Part shown: one piece after another, positions 18,320 to 32,994 of the stretch
How the letters are laid out: every line of letters begins with the position of its first letter
Numbering within the stretch: the first letter of the stretch is position 1
Sequence record: CP071152.1
DNA length: 64,000 bases
Strand: one strand, 5' to 3'
Source: a plasmid
Notes under the pieces: generated by a model
The model's input: the letters and a program-made list of their open reading frames with translations, nothing else
Told to the model about the DNA's origin: nothing
Databases searched by the model: none
Made by a program: the position numbers and the translations under genes

Positions 18320-19378
18320 ATGAACACTAACAACGCATCTGTAGTAAGCATTAATAACGGAAACGGCCTGCCTGTTTTCAAATCCGAGTCTGCCAGTGTA
18401 CTGCTCCAGGAATTGGGAATGCCCAATCTGGTCACTCACTGTGTCGATGCTGGGAAATATCAACGCCTTGTGCCTGATGTTCCCAACGGATACCTGGTAC
18501 CTGTCCGTGAAGCACGCAAGTGCATGTTGTGGGCCTCCTCTCCAACCATGAAGCAAAGTTTGCTTCTTAGAGGGGAGACTGGAACGGGCAAAACTGAGTT
18601 CGTAATGTTCTTGGCTGCTCGTTTGAACATTCCGCTCGCAAGAGTTGAGTGTCACGCCAGTATGTTACCGGAAGTTGTTGATGGCGGCGTGAAGTTGATA
18701 CCCAATCCGCAAGGTGAAGGTGTTATCACCCGTTATGTGTTGAGTGATGTCATGCGCCTCTACCGTGATGGTGGCTGGATCCTGTTGGATGAAGTGGACA
18801 AAGTAAGCGACGAATTATCCGCCCGTTTGCACGCTATCACCGATGGAAAACCAGTCACTATTCCCGAGACCGGCGAAGTGATTTACAAGCACCCCAACAC
18901 CAAAGTATTTGGAACATCAAATACGATTGGCGATGGCACCAGTGTTCGGTATTTGTCCTCCCGTCCCCTTGACGCTGCTTTCAGAGCACGTTGGGCTGGC
19001 ATGGAGATCAAGTATTTGACCGCTGGTGAAGAAATGAAAATGCTTGAAGCAGCTTATCCGCAGCTCAGTAAGAACTTCCTGACCACTATGGTCCAGGTTG
19101 CTAACGAGCTCCGCGACGCCGCTTTAGGTTCGAACCGCGACGGTGATATAGACAGACCGATGGATAGCATTTATTCGATGCGTACCCAGCGGAACCTGTT
19201 AGACGCAGCAATCACTTTCGGAGCCAACACTCCGTTTATTGAAGCTGTGAATTTCGCCTACCGCGATATGTTATCTAACCCGGACAAGGAAGTTTTCGAT
19301 GCGATCAGTCAGCGCATCCTTGGAAACGACCTCACCCAAAGTCAGATAACAACCAAAGAACTCAACAAGAGTCTTTGA
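18320..19378 (+). CDS. AAA+ ATPase of the AAA_5/MoxR-CbbQ-CobS-like clade
   Basis: Walker A is LLRGETGTGKTEF, Walker B is ILLDEVDKV, and sensor/arginine-finger regions are present. Size of 352 aa is typical of CobS-like ATPases. Confidence 0.8.
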   Translation: MNTNNASVVSINNGNGLPVFKSESASVLLQELGMPNLVTHCVDAGKYQRLVPDVPNGYLVPVREARKCMLWASSPTMKQSLLLRGETGTGKTEFVMFLAARLNIPLARVECHASMLPEVVDGGVKLIPNPQGEGVITRYVLSDVMRLYRDGGWILLDEVDKVSDELSARLHAITDGKPVTIPETGEVIYKHPNTKVFGTSNTIGDGTSVRYLSSRPLDAAFRARWAGMEIKYLTAGEEMKMLEAAYPQLSKNFLTTMVQVANELRDAALGSNRDGDIDRPMDSIYSMRTQRNLLDAAITFGANTPFIEAVNFAYRDMLSNPDKEVFDAISQRILGNDLTQSQITTKELNKSL

Positions 19379-19628
19379 AAATGAATATGCCCTCCATCCC
19401 TGGAGAGCATCTTTCAAAATAACTGCCCAACTCGGTCAGTTATTCAGTAATCAATATGCGACCATCCTGGTAAGCATATTTAAATAACTGACCATTCCGG
19501 CCAGTTAAATCCTCCCAGACGCGCATCTACACCACACCAGTCAGCAATGGCTTGTGCGATGAGTTGCGCCCTGTGGATACGAACCCAGCCCTCGGGCACA
19601 AATCGCCAATGGCGAAAAGGAAACTGCT

Positions 19629-20591
19629 ATGTCAAACGAAATGGAAGTTCTGGTGAAATCTGGTTTTGCATTGGTTCAGTCCCCGGTCAAACGTGGAAAT
19701 GATGGCAAAAAGACCCTCAAAGGGGCTCATGCTGTTCTGAACGGTGAGAATCTTAGCGGTGCCGCAATTAACGCTGGTACTGTCGAATGGTTCCCGAAGT
19801 CTCAATTGAAATTCAGGTCTGCAAGCTACCATGCAATCGACAGGCTCATTCAGAGCTACGGCGTTGCTTGGGGTGCTGGCACGCTTGTCCCGCTTGATAA
19901 ATTAGACCAGCTGCTTGCTGAGTTCGAAATTGAAAAGCAAAAGTTCTTCATGAACGTTGATCTGTTAATGCCGAACTATGACCTCATAATTGAGGCCCAT
20001 AAGTCGCAACAGCCTGACCCAGTGAAGAAGGTAATTGATGCTGTGCGGTTAGATTGGCAAAGCTTTAGGGCTAGCTTCTCTATTTTTTTACCCACTCCGA
20101 GCAAATTCATGCCGCTGACCGACGATCTCAATGGCACCGCCAAAGAGATTATTGACGCAGCAATGCAGGAAATTTGTGAAGAGGCAGCAGCAATAAAGGA
20201 CAAAATTCTTGGTAAGCAACAGGTGGATCCAAAGTCCATCAAGCCTATCAAGAGACTCGCGGATAAGTGCAAGGATTTCTCGATCCTTCACCCCGCGCTG
20301 GAGTCCTTCTCTGACCAGTTCGATGCCCTGGCATCTACGCTGGTTGCCCCGATCGTTGGAGATAAACAGGTTGCGCTCGTCGCATATCTGTCGGTCCTCA
20401 GCGACCCCAACGCCGTCGAAACCTGGATGAACAACAACCAGGTTGAGATGAACGACAGTGCTCTCAACAGCATTTTCGGTTTCAACAACCCCTCCGTCGC
20501 TTCGCCTTCTGTGCTGCCTGTGTTTACACCGGCTCCTGCACAGCAAGCGAATGCGAACGCAGTTGTTGATTGGGAATCCTTCGGGATTTAA
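19629..20591 (+). CDS. Hypothetical 320-aa protein located between the AAA+ and vWA genes
   Basis: ORF with good coding appearance and no motif I can place. Conserved synteny position within the AAA+/vWA module. Confidence 0.55.
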   Translation: MSNEMEVLVKSGFALVQSPVKRGNDGKKTLKGAHAVLNGENLSGAAINAGTVEWFPKSQLKFRSASYHAIDRLIQSYGVAWGAGTLVPLDKLDQLLAEFEIEKQKFFMNVDLLMPNYDLIIEAHKSQQPDPVKKVIDAVRLDWQSFRASFSIFLPTPSKFMPLTDDLNGTAKEIIDAAMQEICEEAAAIKDKILGKQQVDPKSIKPIKRLADKCKDFSILHPALESFSDQFDALASTLVAPIVGDKQVALVAYLSVLSDPNAVETWMNNNQVEMNDSALNSIFGFNNPSVASPSVLPVFTPAPAQQANANAVVDWESFGI

Positions 20592-20651
20592 GCCGTTTGG
20601 CATGGACAACCCTCCCTTTCCGGGAGGGTTTAATTTTTTAAGGGATTTACT

Positions 20652-22502
<1,851 letters not shown>

Positions 22503-22756
22503 TCTCGATGGTCCCATTGCTCACCCATATTGGTGACAAGGGACTATCCGATTACACACAGGAGCGATCAACCTTCGGGCTGATTTCCTGATCACACCCT
22601 CGTTCGTGCGCTACCTCGGTAGCCACGAACAAATCCCACGCAACCACTAAGGCCTGTCGTTCACGACAGCGCCCGCGTTCGCGTATCTGAATGCTTTTGC
22701 ACCCCTATACGGCCATCCGGCCAAGCCACAGTAAGCCCTCGGGCAAGGAATAGATC

Positions 22757-23809
22757 ATGGAACACATCTCTATCAAAGAACTGCCGTTTGAAGTGACCCC
22801 GTCGTTCATCATGGACTTTAACGACTACCAGGTGAAGGAAGTGGATGGCGTACTCAAAGTTGCCTATTTGGCGGACGATGAAGATCCCTTCCATCCGAAC
22901 GTGGCTGACGAGAAGACAATCTTCACTGCTCATCGGTACGCTGACGAGTTGGAGCACGAGGCAATGCAAGAGGCCTTGGGCTTGAACCGGGATTGGGAGC
23001 CAGACCTCGACCAGTTAATGGACGGGGCCGCTCGTGAGAAAGCTTTCCGCAAGGAATGGGTAGCGCAAGCTGCTATCAGTCCAGAGTTTGCGGTTTGGGC
23101 TGGCAACACGGGTCGCAAGGAAGATGGTGACGAGCGGTATCTTCGCAATCGGGCAAGTGCTTTTTGGCGTGAGCAATCACACCAGGGGCATGTAAAAGAC
23201 AAGCAGCTGTGGGACTTCGAGTTCACCGCTGATGTCGCCTTGAAAGCCTGGCAACAGTTAGTGTCACAAGGTCTGATCGGAGAGCTGGATGCAATCTCGC
23301 TCGACTGCTACGACCACGGTGGCCAAAGCTGGAGCATCACCGGCAACGGTATGCAGTGCCAGTGGGATACGTCTCGCCGCGCTGGAGTGTGGGTACCTTT
23401 GCAACACCATAAGGAACTCATCCAAGAGCGTATGGCGACCTATGCGTTCGGCTACATCGAGCGCGTCGGACAGGTTTGGACATCCTACCTGGACAATGGC
23501 ACCAAACAGCAGTGCAAGTCGTGGCATGAAGCGTTTGTAAGCGTGCAGCTTTTCGCAAGCTCGCAGCGCAAGCCAACGGCAAAACAGCTCGCAAACGGAC
23601 GCGCACGCGCCCGGGAGGAGTTGTGTGAGAACGACCTGGAGCAATACAACGCCTGGTTGTCTGGTGATTGTTATGGTCTCGTTCTTGCTGCGTTCAGCAA
23701 TATCGGTACCGAAGATGAACCAGAGTGGGAACTGATCGCCTCTGATGAATGCTGGGGCTATATCGGGTCGGATGATGCAGTTTCAGAATTGCAGCACCAA
23801 TTCCACTAA
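22757..23809 (+). CDS. Hypothetical acidic, Trp-rich protein (350 aa)
   Basis: Long ORF with high D/E content. No motif I can place. A DNA-mimic/anti-restriction role is speculation only. Confidence 0.5.
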   Translation: MEHISIKELPFEVTPSFIMDFNDYQVKEVDGVLKVAYLADDEDPFHPNVADEKTIFTAHRYADELEHEAMQEALGLNRDWEPDLDQLMDGAAREKAFRKEWVAQAAISPEFAVWAGNTGRKEDGDERYLRNRASAFWREQSHQGHVKDKQLWDFEFTADVALKAWQQLVSQGLIGELDAISLDCYDHGGQSWSITGNGMQCQWDTSRRAGVWVPLQHHKELIQERMATYAFGYIERVGQVWTSYLDNGTKQQCKSWHEAFVSVQLFASSQRKPTAKQLANGRARAREELCENDLEQYNAWLSGDCYGLVLAAFSNIGTEDEPEWELIASDECWGYIGSDDAVSELQHQFH

Positions 23810-23922
23810 CCCAGAACCTAAAGAAATCCGGTTTCACCCTCTTGGGTGACCGGATTTTCTTTATCTATCTCTATTTGAACCAAATCCCTCGGGAACAACC
23901 GCCGTCAGGAAAAGGAACATAT

Positions 23923-24408
23923 ATGCCTAGTAAAAATGAAATTCGAATCGACAAACACATCATTGGCGACCTCGCTAATGAACCCTCCGCCAGCATGGAA
24001 GATTTTTTAAATCGCTTCCCGGTGGTGGATGACGAGGACATAGACCTCATTACCGTTTACCTGTCACTGCAAGGTTATTTGGATAATCTGCGCAAGCAGG
24101 TATTTGCCGATCTCATCATCCGCAACGGTGGAGAGTTCGTCGGCCTCGAAGTGTCAAACAAGCGTGGCAATCTCTGTTGTTTGTTCCCAGAACCGCAATA
24201 CCCTGGGCACTATCGTTTGTCGTTCCACGACCAAGCTGGCCCCGTTAGCCACTTGGTTTATTCCACCGCAGAGCAAGCCCTCATGGAAGCCATCTCTCTT
24301 GGCTACCGTGAGCACACACCCGGCCAGCTGGATCGTCTCAGTGAAGATCCGCACTGGCAGTTCGGCTTAGCTCGTGTATCAGAAACCTATTCTGCGCTCC
24401 GGCGCTGA
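23923..24408 (+). CDS. Hypothetical protein (161 aa, start MPSKNEIRIDKH)
   Basis: ORF with SD AGGAAAAGGAA upstream of the internal Met at 23923. No recognisable domain. Confidence 0.45.
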   Translation: MPSKNEIRIDKHIIGDLANEPSASMEDFLNRFPVVDDEDIDLITVYLSLQGYLDNLRKQVFADLIIRNGGEFVGLEVSNKRGNLCCLFPEPQYPGHYRLSFHDQAGPVSHLVYSTAEQALMEAISLGYREHTPGQLDRLSEDPHWQFGLARVSETYSALRR

Positions 24409-24485
24409 TCTTCGGATCGTCTTAATTACCCTCACTGTCCTCGATGGACAAATTCAACGTAAGCCCTTTGGGCATGGAGATCGTT

Positions 24486-26015
<1,530 letters not shown>

Positions 26016-26055
26016 CTTGTACCTTTGCACTTTGCAATTAGTACCAACTGATAAC

Positions 26056-26085
26056 AAAAAAAAGCGCCCTTCAGCGCTTTTTTGC
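26056..26085. terminator. Bidirectional rho-independent terminator (AAAAGCGC-ccttca-GCGCTTTT) downstream of terF-like gene
   Basis: 8-bp stem flanked by an A-tract and a T-tract, located between the IS5 right end and the stop of the 26098-27369 gene. Confidence 0.6.
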
Positions 26086-26097
26086 TTAATATACCGA

Positions 26098-27369
26098 CTA
26101 GACAATAATCAACTTGCGCTTTGCCTCACTCAGCCATCCGGCGAACTCCGTAAGCAGATTGTCATACAAGACATCATCTGACATGCTCTTGAAGTCGTCT
26201 ATCGGGAAAAAGTCCGTATTGTCGATCACCCGGTCGGTAAAATCATCGAGATTTTCCAGAATACCGTAATTCCGCCCGCCTAACCCGACAAACTTCCAGA
26301 ATATTGGATAGTTGGCAGATTCACGAATTGCCTCTTTTATTGCCCGAGTTTTACTGATGCCACCATCGGTGATGAAGACGATGTAGACAGGCTCCTTACT
26401 ACCCTTGAAGGTGTCCACGATTTCATTCATTACTGGTGGCTCATTGTTCGTTCCACCCAATGCTGGGAGTAGTTCAAACATGCCTCTCTTGCCAGAGGTC
26501 TGAATGCCTGAAATATACCCCTTCAGATTACTGAGAGAGACATCGGGGTATTTTTTGTGTCGTTCAGCAAATCCCCAAACATCCATTTGCCCGTCATCGT
26601 CAAACTGGGCTGCCAGCACGGCGATCCTTTCCAAAACCGCTTGAACATTGCCGTCTCGGAACTGGCCCGACATAGAGCCAGAAGCGTCGAGCACAAAGGC
26701 GACTTTGGCTTTCACTTGCTCAAGCTTGTGCTTCGCCAGACTCACACCAACAGGCTTTGCCAGACTGACAAGGTAAGGGGCTTGCTCAGCCAGCTTCTTC
26801 TCAAGGCTCACGCCTACAGGGGGTTTGCTGGGTGCAGGGATAGGGGCTGGTGCCGGGGTTGTCGGCTCATCATCAACCACCACGCCATAGTTGGTTGCCA
26901 GAGCGGCCAGACCGCCGTTAAATCCCATCCCAAGGGCCTTGAACTTCCATGCACCGTTGTGACGGTAAATCTGGCCTACGATCAGAGCCTTCTCGCTGCG
27001 ATCCACCAGCGGCACTTGATAAGTAACCTGACCGGCAATGCTCAGCCCCAGAGAGGAAAGATGGGAGACGGTACTACTGCCGTCAATTACCATCGTCAGA
27101 GCGATCTTCTGAATTGCCTCATCTACCTTTGAGGTGTTCACCGTATAGCGGCCCCCGGTGGCAGTCTTCGCGTAGCTGACTGCGCCATCCGGTGACTCGG
27201 GCTGATTGTAGAAGATAAAGTCGCTGTCGCTACGCACCTTATCAGCATTTGTTAATAAAAATGCCGATGTATCAATGTCGCCACTGAACTGACCACCTTG
27301 CTGATGAGTCACCTCGATAACAAGCTCATGACCCGACAACTGCACGTTCTGACCAGAAATCAATTCCAT
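26098..27369 (-). CDS. terF: TerF-like protein: N-terminal TerD domain fused to a C-terminal vWA domain
   Basis: The N-terminus has a TerD-family signature ([35 protein letters not shown]). A Pro/Ala linker precedes the vWA domain with MIDAS motif [13 protein letters not shown]. Position after terE. Confidence 0.75.
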   Translation of the reverse strand: MELISGQNVQLSGHELVIEVTHQQGGQFSGDIDTSAFLLTNADKVRSDSDFIFYNQPESPDGAVSYAKTATGGRYTVNTSKVDEAIQKIALTMVIDGSSTVSHLSSLGLSIAGQVTYQVPLVDRSEKALIVGQIYRHNGAWKFKALGMGFNGGLAALATNYGVVVDDEPTTPAPAPIPAPSKPPVGVSLEKKLAEQAPYLVSLAKPVGVSLAKHKLEQVKAKVAFVLDASGSMSGQFRDGNVQAVLERIAVLAAQFDDDGQMDVWGFAERHKKYPDVSLSNLKGYISGIQTSGKRGMFELLPALGGTNNEPPVMNEIVDTFKGSKEPVYIVFITDGGISKTRAIKEAIRESANYPIFWKFVGLGGRNYGILENLDDFTDRVIDNTDFFPIDDFKSMSDDVLYDNLLTEFAGWLSEAKRKLIIV

Positions 27370-27396
27370 ATCACACCCCGCATAGCTATTAATAAA

Positions 27397-28050
27397 TCAA
27401 TACCCGAGATCTCGCCCAAACCTTACAGAAGTTCTGGCCTGCAAGGCAGATAGACATTCATCGCGCTTCTGTTTATTGCTGAAGTTAATTTTTCTCGAAC
27501 CAAAGTGCCCATGAATATAAAAGTTCACGCCTTTCTCTCTCGTGACGCTAGAAATATCTTTAATATAAATCTCCTCATAATCCCCCATCTTCCTGATGAA
27601 GTTCAAACGAAGATTTTCGCCGAAACTTGAATTTTCAAGATCAGCCGGGATTACCATCTTCTTGTCATTGTCGTCGAAGATAACCCCGAAATATCGTACT
27701 GCCACTCGCTCTGCCATCTTTTTAATTGGATACAGAGAGGCAATCACAACCAATATGTCAACGCCAAAAAGCACCTTCGCATATTCAGGAGGGATAGCCG
27801 AAAGCAAATAGCTATTGGTGTAAAACATGGCAATAAGGCCAGTGGTGATAATGCCTGAGCTGAATATGATACTTCTCCACAGCAAACCAACATCATACAC
27901 CCGCTGGGTGCAGGAGCCCTTTATGTGGCGTTTTTTAATGCTGCTATAGTGAAGATATGAAAACAACATGAACGGGAGAAATAAAATCACTCCAAGAGCT
28001 ATGAATGCATATTTCATCATCTCTTCATTAGCTCGATTATTCCTTGCCAT
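27397..28050 (-). CDS. AT-rich hypothetical membrane protein (two N-terminal TM helices plus a ~100-aa soluble domain) inserted between terE and terF
   Basis: 217-aa ORF with clearly lower GC than the flanking ter genes. SD AGGGGAA sits before the ATG. The terE terminator lies just upstream. Confidence 0.5.
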   Translation of the reverse strand: MARNNRANEEMMKYAFIALGVILFLPFMLFSYLHYSSIKKRHIKGSCTQRVYDVGLLWRSIIFSSGIITTGLIAMFYTNSYLLSAIPPEYAKVLFGVDILVVIASLYPIKKMAERVAVRYFGVIFDDNDKKMVIPADLENSSFGENLRLNFIRKMGDYEEIYIKDISSVTREKGVNFYIHGHFGSRKINFSNKQKRDECLSALQARTSVRFGRDLGY

Positions 28051-28071
28051 AAGTTTCCCCTGAAATCAAAT

Positions 28072-28099
28072 ATAAAAAAGGGCAACATATGGTTGCCCC
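28072..28099 (-). terminator. Rho-independent terminator of the terZABCDE operon (GGGCAAC-catat-GTTGCCC followed by T-tract on the minus strand)
   Basis: Stem-loop with flanking A-tract on the plus strand. It lies 23 bp downstream of the terE stop. Confidence 0.6.
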
Positions 28100-28121
28100 T
28101 GAATAATTCTTTTTTGGCCTA

Positions 28122-28700
28122 TTAAGCCAGATTTACGCCATGGGCAGTCGCCAGAGCAGGCAGGCCACCAGCAAAACCTTGACCAACGGCCTTGAACTTC
28201 CATTCGCCGTTGTTCAGGTACAGCTCGCCGAAGATCATGGCGGTTTCCACGGACGCATCTTCGGACAGATCGAAGCGGGCCAGTTCTACTTGGCTTTCGT
28301 TGTTGGACATGCGGATGTAGGCATTGGAGACCATGCCGAAGTTTTGCTTGCGCTGTTCAGCTTCGTGGATGGTGACGGCGAAGACCAGCTTCTTGACGTC
28401 GGCAGGCACCTTGGAGAGGTCGATCTTGACTTGCTCATCGTCGCCAGCGCCTTCGCCAGTACGGTTGTCACCTTGGTGTTCGACAGAGCCACAGGGGCTG
28501 GTTTTTTGGCCGTAGAAGATGAAGTTTGCATCTGACAGAACTTTGCCGTTTTCGCCAACCATGAAGACGGAGGCGTCCAAGTCGAACGCAGAGCCGTCAG
28601 TTACACGTTGATCCCAACCCAGACCAGTCATTACCACTTTCAGACCGGCATCAGCTTTGGTCAGAGAAACGTTACCGCCTTTTTGCAGAGATACACCCAT
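28122..28700 (-). CDS. terE: Tellurium resistance protein TerE (TerD-domain family)
   Basis: 192-aa TerD-family protein (GWDQR...DLDASVFMV...[15 protein letters not shown] calcium-binding motif ... [17 protein letters not shown]). Confidence 0.8.
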   Translation of the reverse strand: MGVSLQKGGNVSLTKADAGLKVVMTGLGWDQRVTDGSAFDLDASVFMVGENGKVLSDANFIFYGQKTSPCGSVEHQGDNRTGEGAGDDEQVKIDLSKVPADVKKLVFAVTIHEAEQRKQNFGMVSNAYIRMSNNESQVELARFDLSEDASVETAMIFGELYLNNGEWKFKAVGQGFAGGLPALATAHGVNLA

Positions 28701-28909
28701 TTTAAAACTCCCGATTTGATTTGGGGAAAGTCCCCTGATTTAGGGGGGAGCCCCCCCCTTCTATTTATTGCATTTTTAAACGATTTTTAGCGCACTGATA
28801 TTGCTACTTGAATTCATGCCCAAACAACAACACGCGCCACACCAAAAGCAATACGTGAAAGAAGATAGGTGGAAAAAACATTTACATCATTTTCTGATTC
28901 ACATATTTA

Positions 28910-29494
28910 TCAGGCTGCGCTGACGCCATACTCGGCACAGACCGAAGACAGACCGCCTTTGTAGCCTTGACCGATTGCCTTGAACTTCCATTCACCGTTG
29001 TGACGATACAGCTCTGCGAACAGCATGGCGGTTTCGGTGGAAGCATCCTCAGAGAGGTCATAGCGAGTGACCTCTTTTTGGGTGTCTTCGTTGACCAGAC
29101 GGATGAAGGCACCACTGACCTGACCGAAGTTCTGACCACGAGCAGCAGCATCATGGATGGTGACGACAAACACGATCTTGGCGACATCGGCGGGCACCAG
29201 ATCCAAGTTGATCTTCAGGCTTTCATCGTCGCCATCCCCCTCACCAGTACGGTTGTCACCAGTGTGTTTCACCGAACCTTCAACACTCGCAAGGTTGTTG
29301 TAGAAGATGAAGTCAGCCGGAGAGCGAACCTTACCCGATGCACTCAGCAGGAACGCCGAAGCATCAAGGTCGAAATCCTGACCGTCGGTGGAACGAGCGT
29401 CCCAGCCCAGCCCGACCAGCACTCGTTTGATGGACGGGTCAGTTTTGGTCAGAGATACGTTGGCGCCTTTTGACAGAGAAACAACAGTAGTCAT
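28910..29494 (-). CDS. terD: Tellurium resistance protein TerD
   Basis: 194-aa TerD-family protein with [13 protein letters not shown] and [13 protein letters not shown] motifs. Position between terC and terE. Confidence 0.85.
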   Translation of the reverse strand: MTTVVSLSKGANVSLTKTDPSIKRVLVGLGWDARSTDGQDFDLDASAFLLSASGKVRSPADFIFYNNLASVEGSVKHTGDNRTGEGDGDDESLKINLDLVPADVAKIVFVVTIHDAAARGQNFGQVSGAFIRLVNEDTQKEVTRYDLSEDASTETAMLFAELYRHNGEWKFKAIGQGYKGGLSSVCAEYGVSAA

Positions 29495-29526
29495 CGAAAT
29501 TACCCTCTTTTGATGTTTTAAAAAAA

Positions 29527-30576
29527 TCAGTTTTGCTGTTTTACTTCTTCCGCCTCATCTTTCTTTTCGGGGAAGATGAAACTCGCAAACACACCACAGA
29601 AAAGCACTACCAGAACAACACCCAAGCTTGCCATAGCAGAGATCGTGTAGTCGTGGTGGAAGATATGTGCTGTCGCATTCAGGCCAAGTTTGATGGCAAT
29701 GAAGAACAGAAGCACGATTACCGCTTTCTCCAAATGCACCAAGTATTGCTTGAGCGCTTCCAGCACAAAGTACAGGGTTCTCAGGCCGAGGATGGCGAAC
29801 ATCATGGCGCTGTAGACGATCAGAGGCTCACGGCTTACTGCAATGACGGCAGGTACGGAGTCGAAGGCAAACATGACGTCCGACAGTTCCACCACAGCCA
29901 AGCAGAGCATCAGGGGGGTTGCGTAAAATGCTGCCTTACCGACACGACCGACCTGAATTCCCGCATTTTCCGGCTTAGCCAGCTCAGCATCAACTTCAGA
30001 CTGCTTCAGCAGGAAAGCGTGACCACTGAGTTTCGGCCAGATGGGGAAGAAGCGCTTCACCATCCGATATGCCAGATGCTGGGAATAGTCCTCGATCTCG
30101 TCCTCGTCATCGCCACTGCGCAGCATCATGACAGCCGTCCAGCCTACGATGGCAGCAAAGACCAGTTCCACCCAAGGGCCGAGCGCCAGCAGGCCAGTAC
30201 CGATGGCAACAAAGATGCCACGGAACACGATTGCACCAATCACCCCCCAGTACAGTACCCGGTGACGATAACCGTCCGGCACAGAGAACCAAGAGAAGAT
30301 CGCCATCATGACAAACAGGTTATCAACGGAAAGCACTTTTTCGAGGGCATAACCGGTGACGAACAAACTTGCCACTTCCGCGCCGTGATGCACGTACAGG
30401 AAGCCTGCGAACGCAAACGCGATGGCTACCCAGAAAAGTGACCACAGTACGGCACTCTTCAACGGGATGGGTTTGTCATCCCGGTGCATGAACAGATCGA
30501 TGAGGATTGCCCCAACAGATAGCAGCACGAACACTGCAACTGTTTCAAGCGGGAAGCCAATATGCGTAGAACCCAT
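29527..30576 (-). CDS. terC: TerC-family integral membrane protein
   Basis: 349-aa polytopic membrane protein with the TerC signature regions [17 protein letters not shown] and [15 protein letters not shown]. Confidence 0.9.
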   Translation of the reverse strand: MGSTHIGFPLETVAVFVLLSVGAILIDLFMHRDDKPIPLKSAVLWSLFWVAIAFAFAGFLYVHHGAEVASLFVTGYALEKVLSVDNLFVMMAIFSWFSVPDGYRHRVLYWGVIGAIVFRGIFVAIGTGLLALGPWVELVFAAIVGWTAVMMLRSGDDEDEIEDYSQHLAYRMVKRFFPIWPKLSGHAFLLKQSEVDAELAKPENAGIQVGRVGKAAFYATPLMLCLAVVELSDVMFAFDSVPAVIAVSREPLIVYSAMMFAILGLRTLYFVLEALKQYLVHLEKAVIVLLFFIAIKLGLNATAHIFHHDYTISAMASLGVVLVVLFCGVFASFIFPEKKDEAEEVKQQN

Positions 30577-30592
30577 GTTTTCTTTTCCTTAA

Positions 30593-31048
30593 TTACTGTT
30601 GATAATCGTTCGGGTCAAACCCGAGGGCCATGCAAATTTCTTTGACAGCCTGCTTTTCTGCGTTGTCGAAGTCACCATCACTTTTGGCAACAGCAACACC
30701 TACCCGGAGCGCCAATTGCGCAGCGCCTTCATCACCCTTCAGCGCGAGGATATATTTCATCATCTCGCCCTTGCCGATATCGGCGTCGAATTGATGACCG
30801 TCTTCCAGTTTTTTGGAAAACGCGATCACTTCGCTGGTATCAAAGACTTTCAGCTCATCAGAATTCTTGATGAACCCCATCATCTTCTGCTTTTCACCGC
30901 TATCAGCGCCTTTAGATGCCGTGGCGATGTAAGCACAGACGGCGACAGTGCCCTCCATAAACTTCTTATTTTTAAAACGCCCTACTTGTGCGACCAATTC
31001 GGCGCGACCTTCGGAAAAGGTCTTGCGAACCTTATCAAAAAACGACAT
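30593..31048 (-). CDS. terB: Tellurite resistance protein TerB
   Basis: 151-aa protein starting MSFFDKVRKTF (ATG at 31048 with G-rich SD). The ORF-track extension to 31162 overlaps terA and is not favoured. Confidence 0.85.
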   Translation of the reverse strand: MSFFDKVRKTFSEGRAELVAQVGRFKNKKFMEGTVAVCAYIATASKGADSGEKQKMMGFIKNSDELKVFDTSEVIAFSKKLEDGHQFDADIGKGEMMKYILALKGDEGAAQLALRVGVAVAKSDGDFDNAEKQAVKEICMALGFDPNDYQQ

Positions 31049-31073
31049 ACGCCCCCCATTAAGGATTGGTGGA

Positions 31074-32243
31074 TTATTTGCTTCCGGCAGTCCAGCGAAA
31101 TCGCCAGCCAAAGGCATCATCCATATTCTTGTGACCATTGAAGTAACGGTTGATCCGCTCAACTTTAATAGTCCCGTTATCGTTTACCAGCCTTGCAATG
31201 GCACACATTCCTCGCCCAGAATCACCTTCTGTCAGGTGTGTTTCGATAGGCGGCTGGCCTTGAATATGCAGCGTGACCACACCATCGGTATTTTCCCAGC
31301 TCGGTACACCTTCATAAATAAAGGCGTAGATTAGGACTTCCTTGATGTTGTCCCACTGCGCTCCATTGACGAACATCCATTCGCCATCGGTGCTGTCGCC
31401 AGTCCGGTCATCTGCTTGCAGCTCAACAAACGGAGAGCGATTCAGGCTGCCAAATGAATCACCAAGAGCTTGTACCACATGGCGATTGCCGTCTTTGGTT
31501 TCAACAAACGCGCCCAGATCAAGATCGATCTGATTGCTTCTGCCAAACATCCCCAAGCTAAATCCACCCTTCTTGCTGCCACGATGCCAGTTCAAGTTGA
31601 TGCGGATATTGCCGAATTTATCCCCCTGCTTGGTCAAGCTCACGGTTGGCTTGTCTTTGCTCAACGTGACCTTTTGCAGGCTGATGGTTGGGGCCGGAGC
31701 CGGAGCCGGAGTAGGCTGCGGTTTTGGAGCCGGAGGCGGTGCCTGATCATCCGAAACCACTACGCCAAAGTGCTCAGCCAGCGGCTTGAGGCCACCATTG
31801 AACCCTTGCGAAACGAAGCGGAACTTCCACTCGTTGTTTCGGCGGTACAGCTCTCCCAAGATCAGGGCCGCTTCATTGCGACCGACCATCGGCACATCGC
31901 CGGAGAGCAACACGTTACCCCCTTGCTCAACCTGAATCTTCAGGGTGCGCAGACTGGCAATCACCATCCCGGCATCTACCGTGGCGGAAAAAGCGATCTT
32001 CTGCACTGACGGTTGAATAGCGCCGAGGTTGATGTTGAATGAGGTATTTTGCGCCCCACCAGCCAACACAATGGCCCCATCATCACTCCGAGGCTGACCG
32101 TAGAAGATCATGTCCACGCCATCCTGCACCTTGCCATTGGCATAGAGGCGGAAAGCCGAGACATCCACGTCAGCGCCCGAGAGCACCCGCACGATCAGCG
32201 GCTGGGTTGGAACGGGGGCGTTGCCCCCTTGGATGAGTTCCAT
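31074..32243 (-). CDS. terA: TerA (two TerD-like domains)
   Basis: 389-aa protein with two TerD-type domains separated by a Pro/Ala-rich linker (PPPAPKPQPTPAPAPAP). The start overlaps the terZ stop. Confidence 0.85.
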   Translation of the reverse strand: MELIQGGNAPVPTQPLIVRVLSGADVDVSAFRLYANGKVQDGVDMIFYGQPRSDDGAIVLAGGAQNTSFNINLGAIQPSVQKIAFSATVDAGMVIASLRTLKIQVEQGGNVLLSGDVPMVGRNEAALILGELYRRNNEWKFRFVSQGFNGGLKPLAEHFGVVVSDDQAPPPAPKPQPTPAPAPAPTISLQKVTLSKDKPTVSLTKQGDKFGNIRINLNWHRGSKKGGFSLGMFGRSNQIDLDLGAFVETKDGNRHVVQALGDSFGSLNRSPFVELQADDRTGDSTDGEWMFVNGAQWDNIKEVLIYAFIYEGVPSWENTDGVVTLHIQGQPPIETHLTEGDSGRGMCAIARLVNDNGTIKVERINRYFNGHKNMDDAFGWRFRWTAGSK

Positions 32244-32842
32244 TACTGCACCAGTTGCGCGAGGATCTGGATGTACATGTCATCGATGGTGCGGCCAGTA
32301 CAGGCCATACCTTGAGCGGTAAAGGCCCACTCGCCGCCCTTGCGTTCGAGCGAGGCGATCAGAACCCCAGTGTGGCTACCTTGTTCGGTCAACTTGAACT
32401 TCGCCAGCTCTTTGCCATTCTGGTCAACGACGCGGCAGTAGGCATTTTCAACCTCATTAAAGGTTTGACCACGGAAGCTGTTCACGGTGAATGCGAGGTG
32501 TTCCACATTGCTCGGCAGCTTGGTCAGGTCAACGTAGATGGTTTCATCGTCGCCATCCCCCTCACCTGTCAGGTTGTCACCGCTGTGCTTGATAGAGCCG
32601 CACTTGGACTTGGTTTGACGGAACCAGACGGTATCGATTTTGTTGCCACGCGCATCCAGCAGCACGACGCTGGCATCCAGATCGATTGAGTCGCTGCTAC
32701 CGCCACCGAACATCTTGCCGAAGAAGCCGCTCTTTGCCTTGGCCGGATCCCAGCCCAAACCGAATTCGAGCTTGGTGAGCGCCGCGCCAGACTGCTTTGC
32801 CAGCGAGATGGTTTGGTGTTTTGCAAGAGATACTGAATTCAT
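32243..32842 (-). CDS. terZ: TerZ (TerD-domain family)
   Basis: 199-aa TerD-family protein ([30 protein letters not shown]). First gene of the terZABCDE operon. Confidence 0.85.
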   Translation of the reverse strand: MNSVSLAKHQTISLAKQSGAALTKLEFGLGWDPAKAKSGFFGKMFGGGSSDSIDLDASVVLLDARGNKIDTVWFRQTKSKCGSIKHSGDNLTGEGDGDDETIYVDLTKLPSNVEHLAFTVNSFRGQTFNEVENAYCRVVDQNGKELAKFKLTEQGSHTGVLIASLERKGGEWAFTAQGMACTGRTIDDMYIQILAQLVQ

Positions 32843-32994
32843 CTGTTACTCTTCCTTATCTGATTTAAAAATATCGTCATTGTTCACAAGACGACATACC
32901 GAGCTTCGAGCAATACCTTTTAACACTTGCAGCAACTCTTGTCTCGGATGGGTATGAACCGAATGCGTCTATTGTTAGCCATCCCACAGATTGA

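Noticed and set aside
30593-31162. Longer 189-aa version of terB starting at 31162
   Set aside because: The extension overlaps the 3' end of terA in another frame. A canonical TerB length (151 aa) with an SD is obtained from the internal ATG at 31048.
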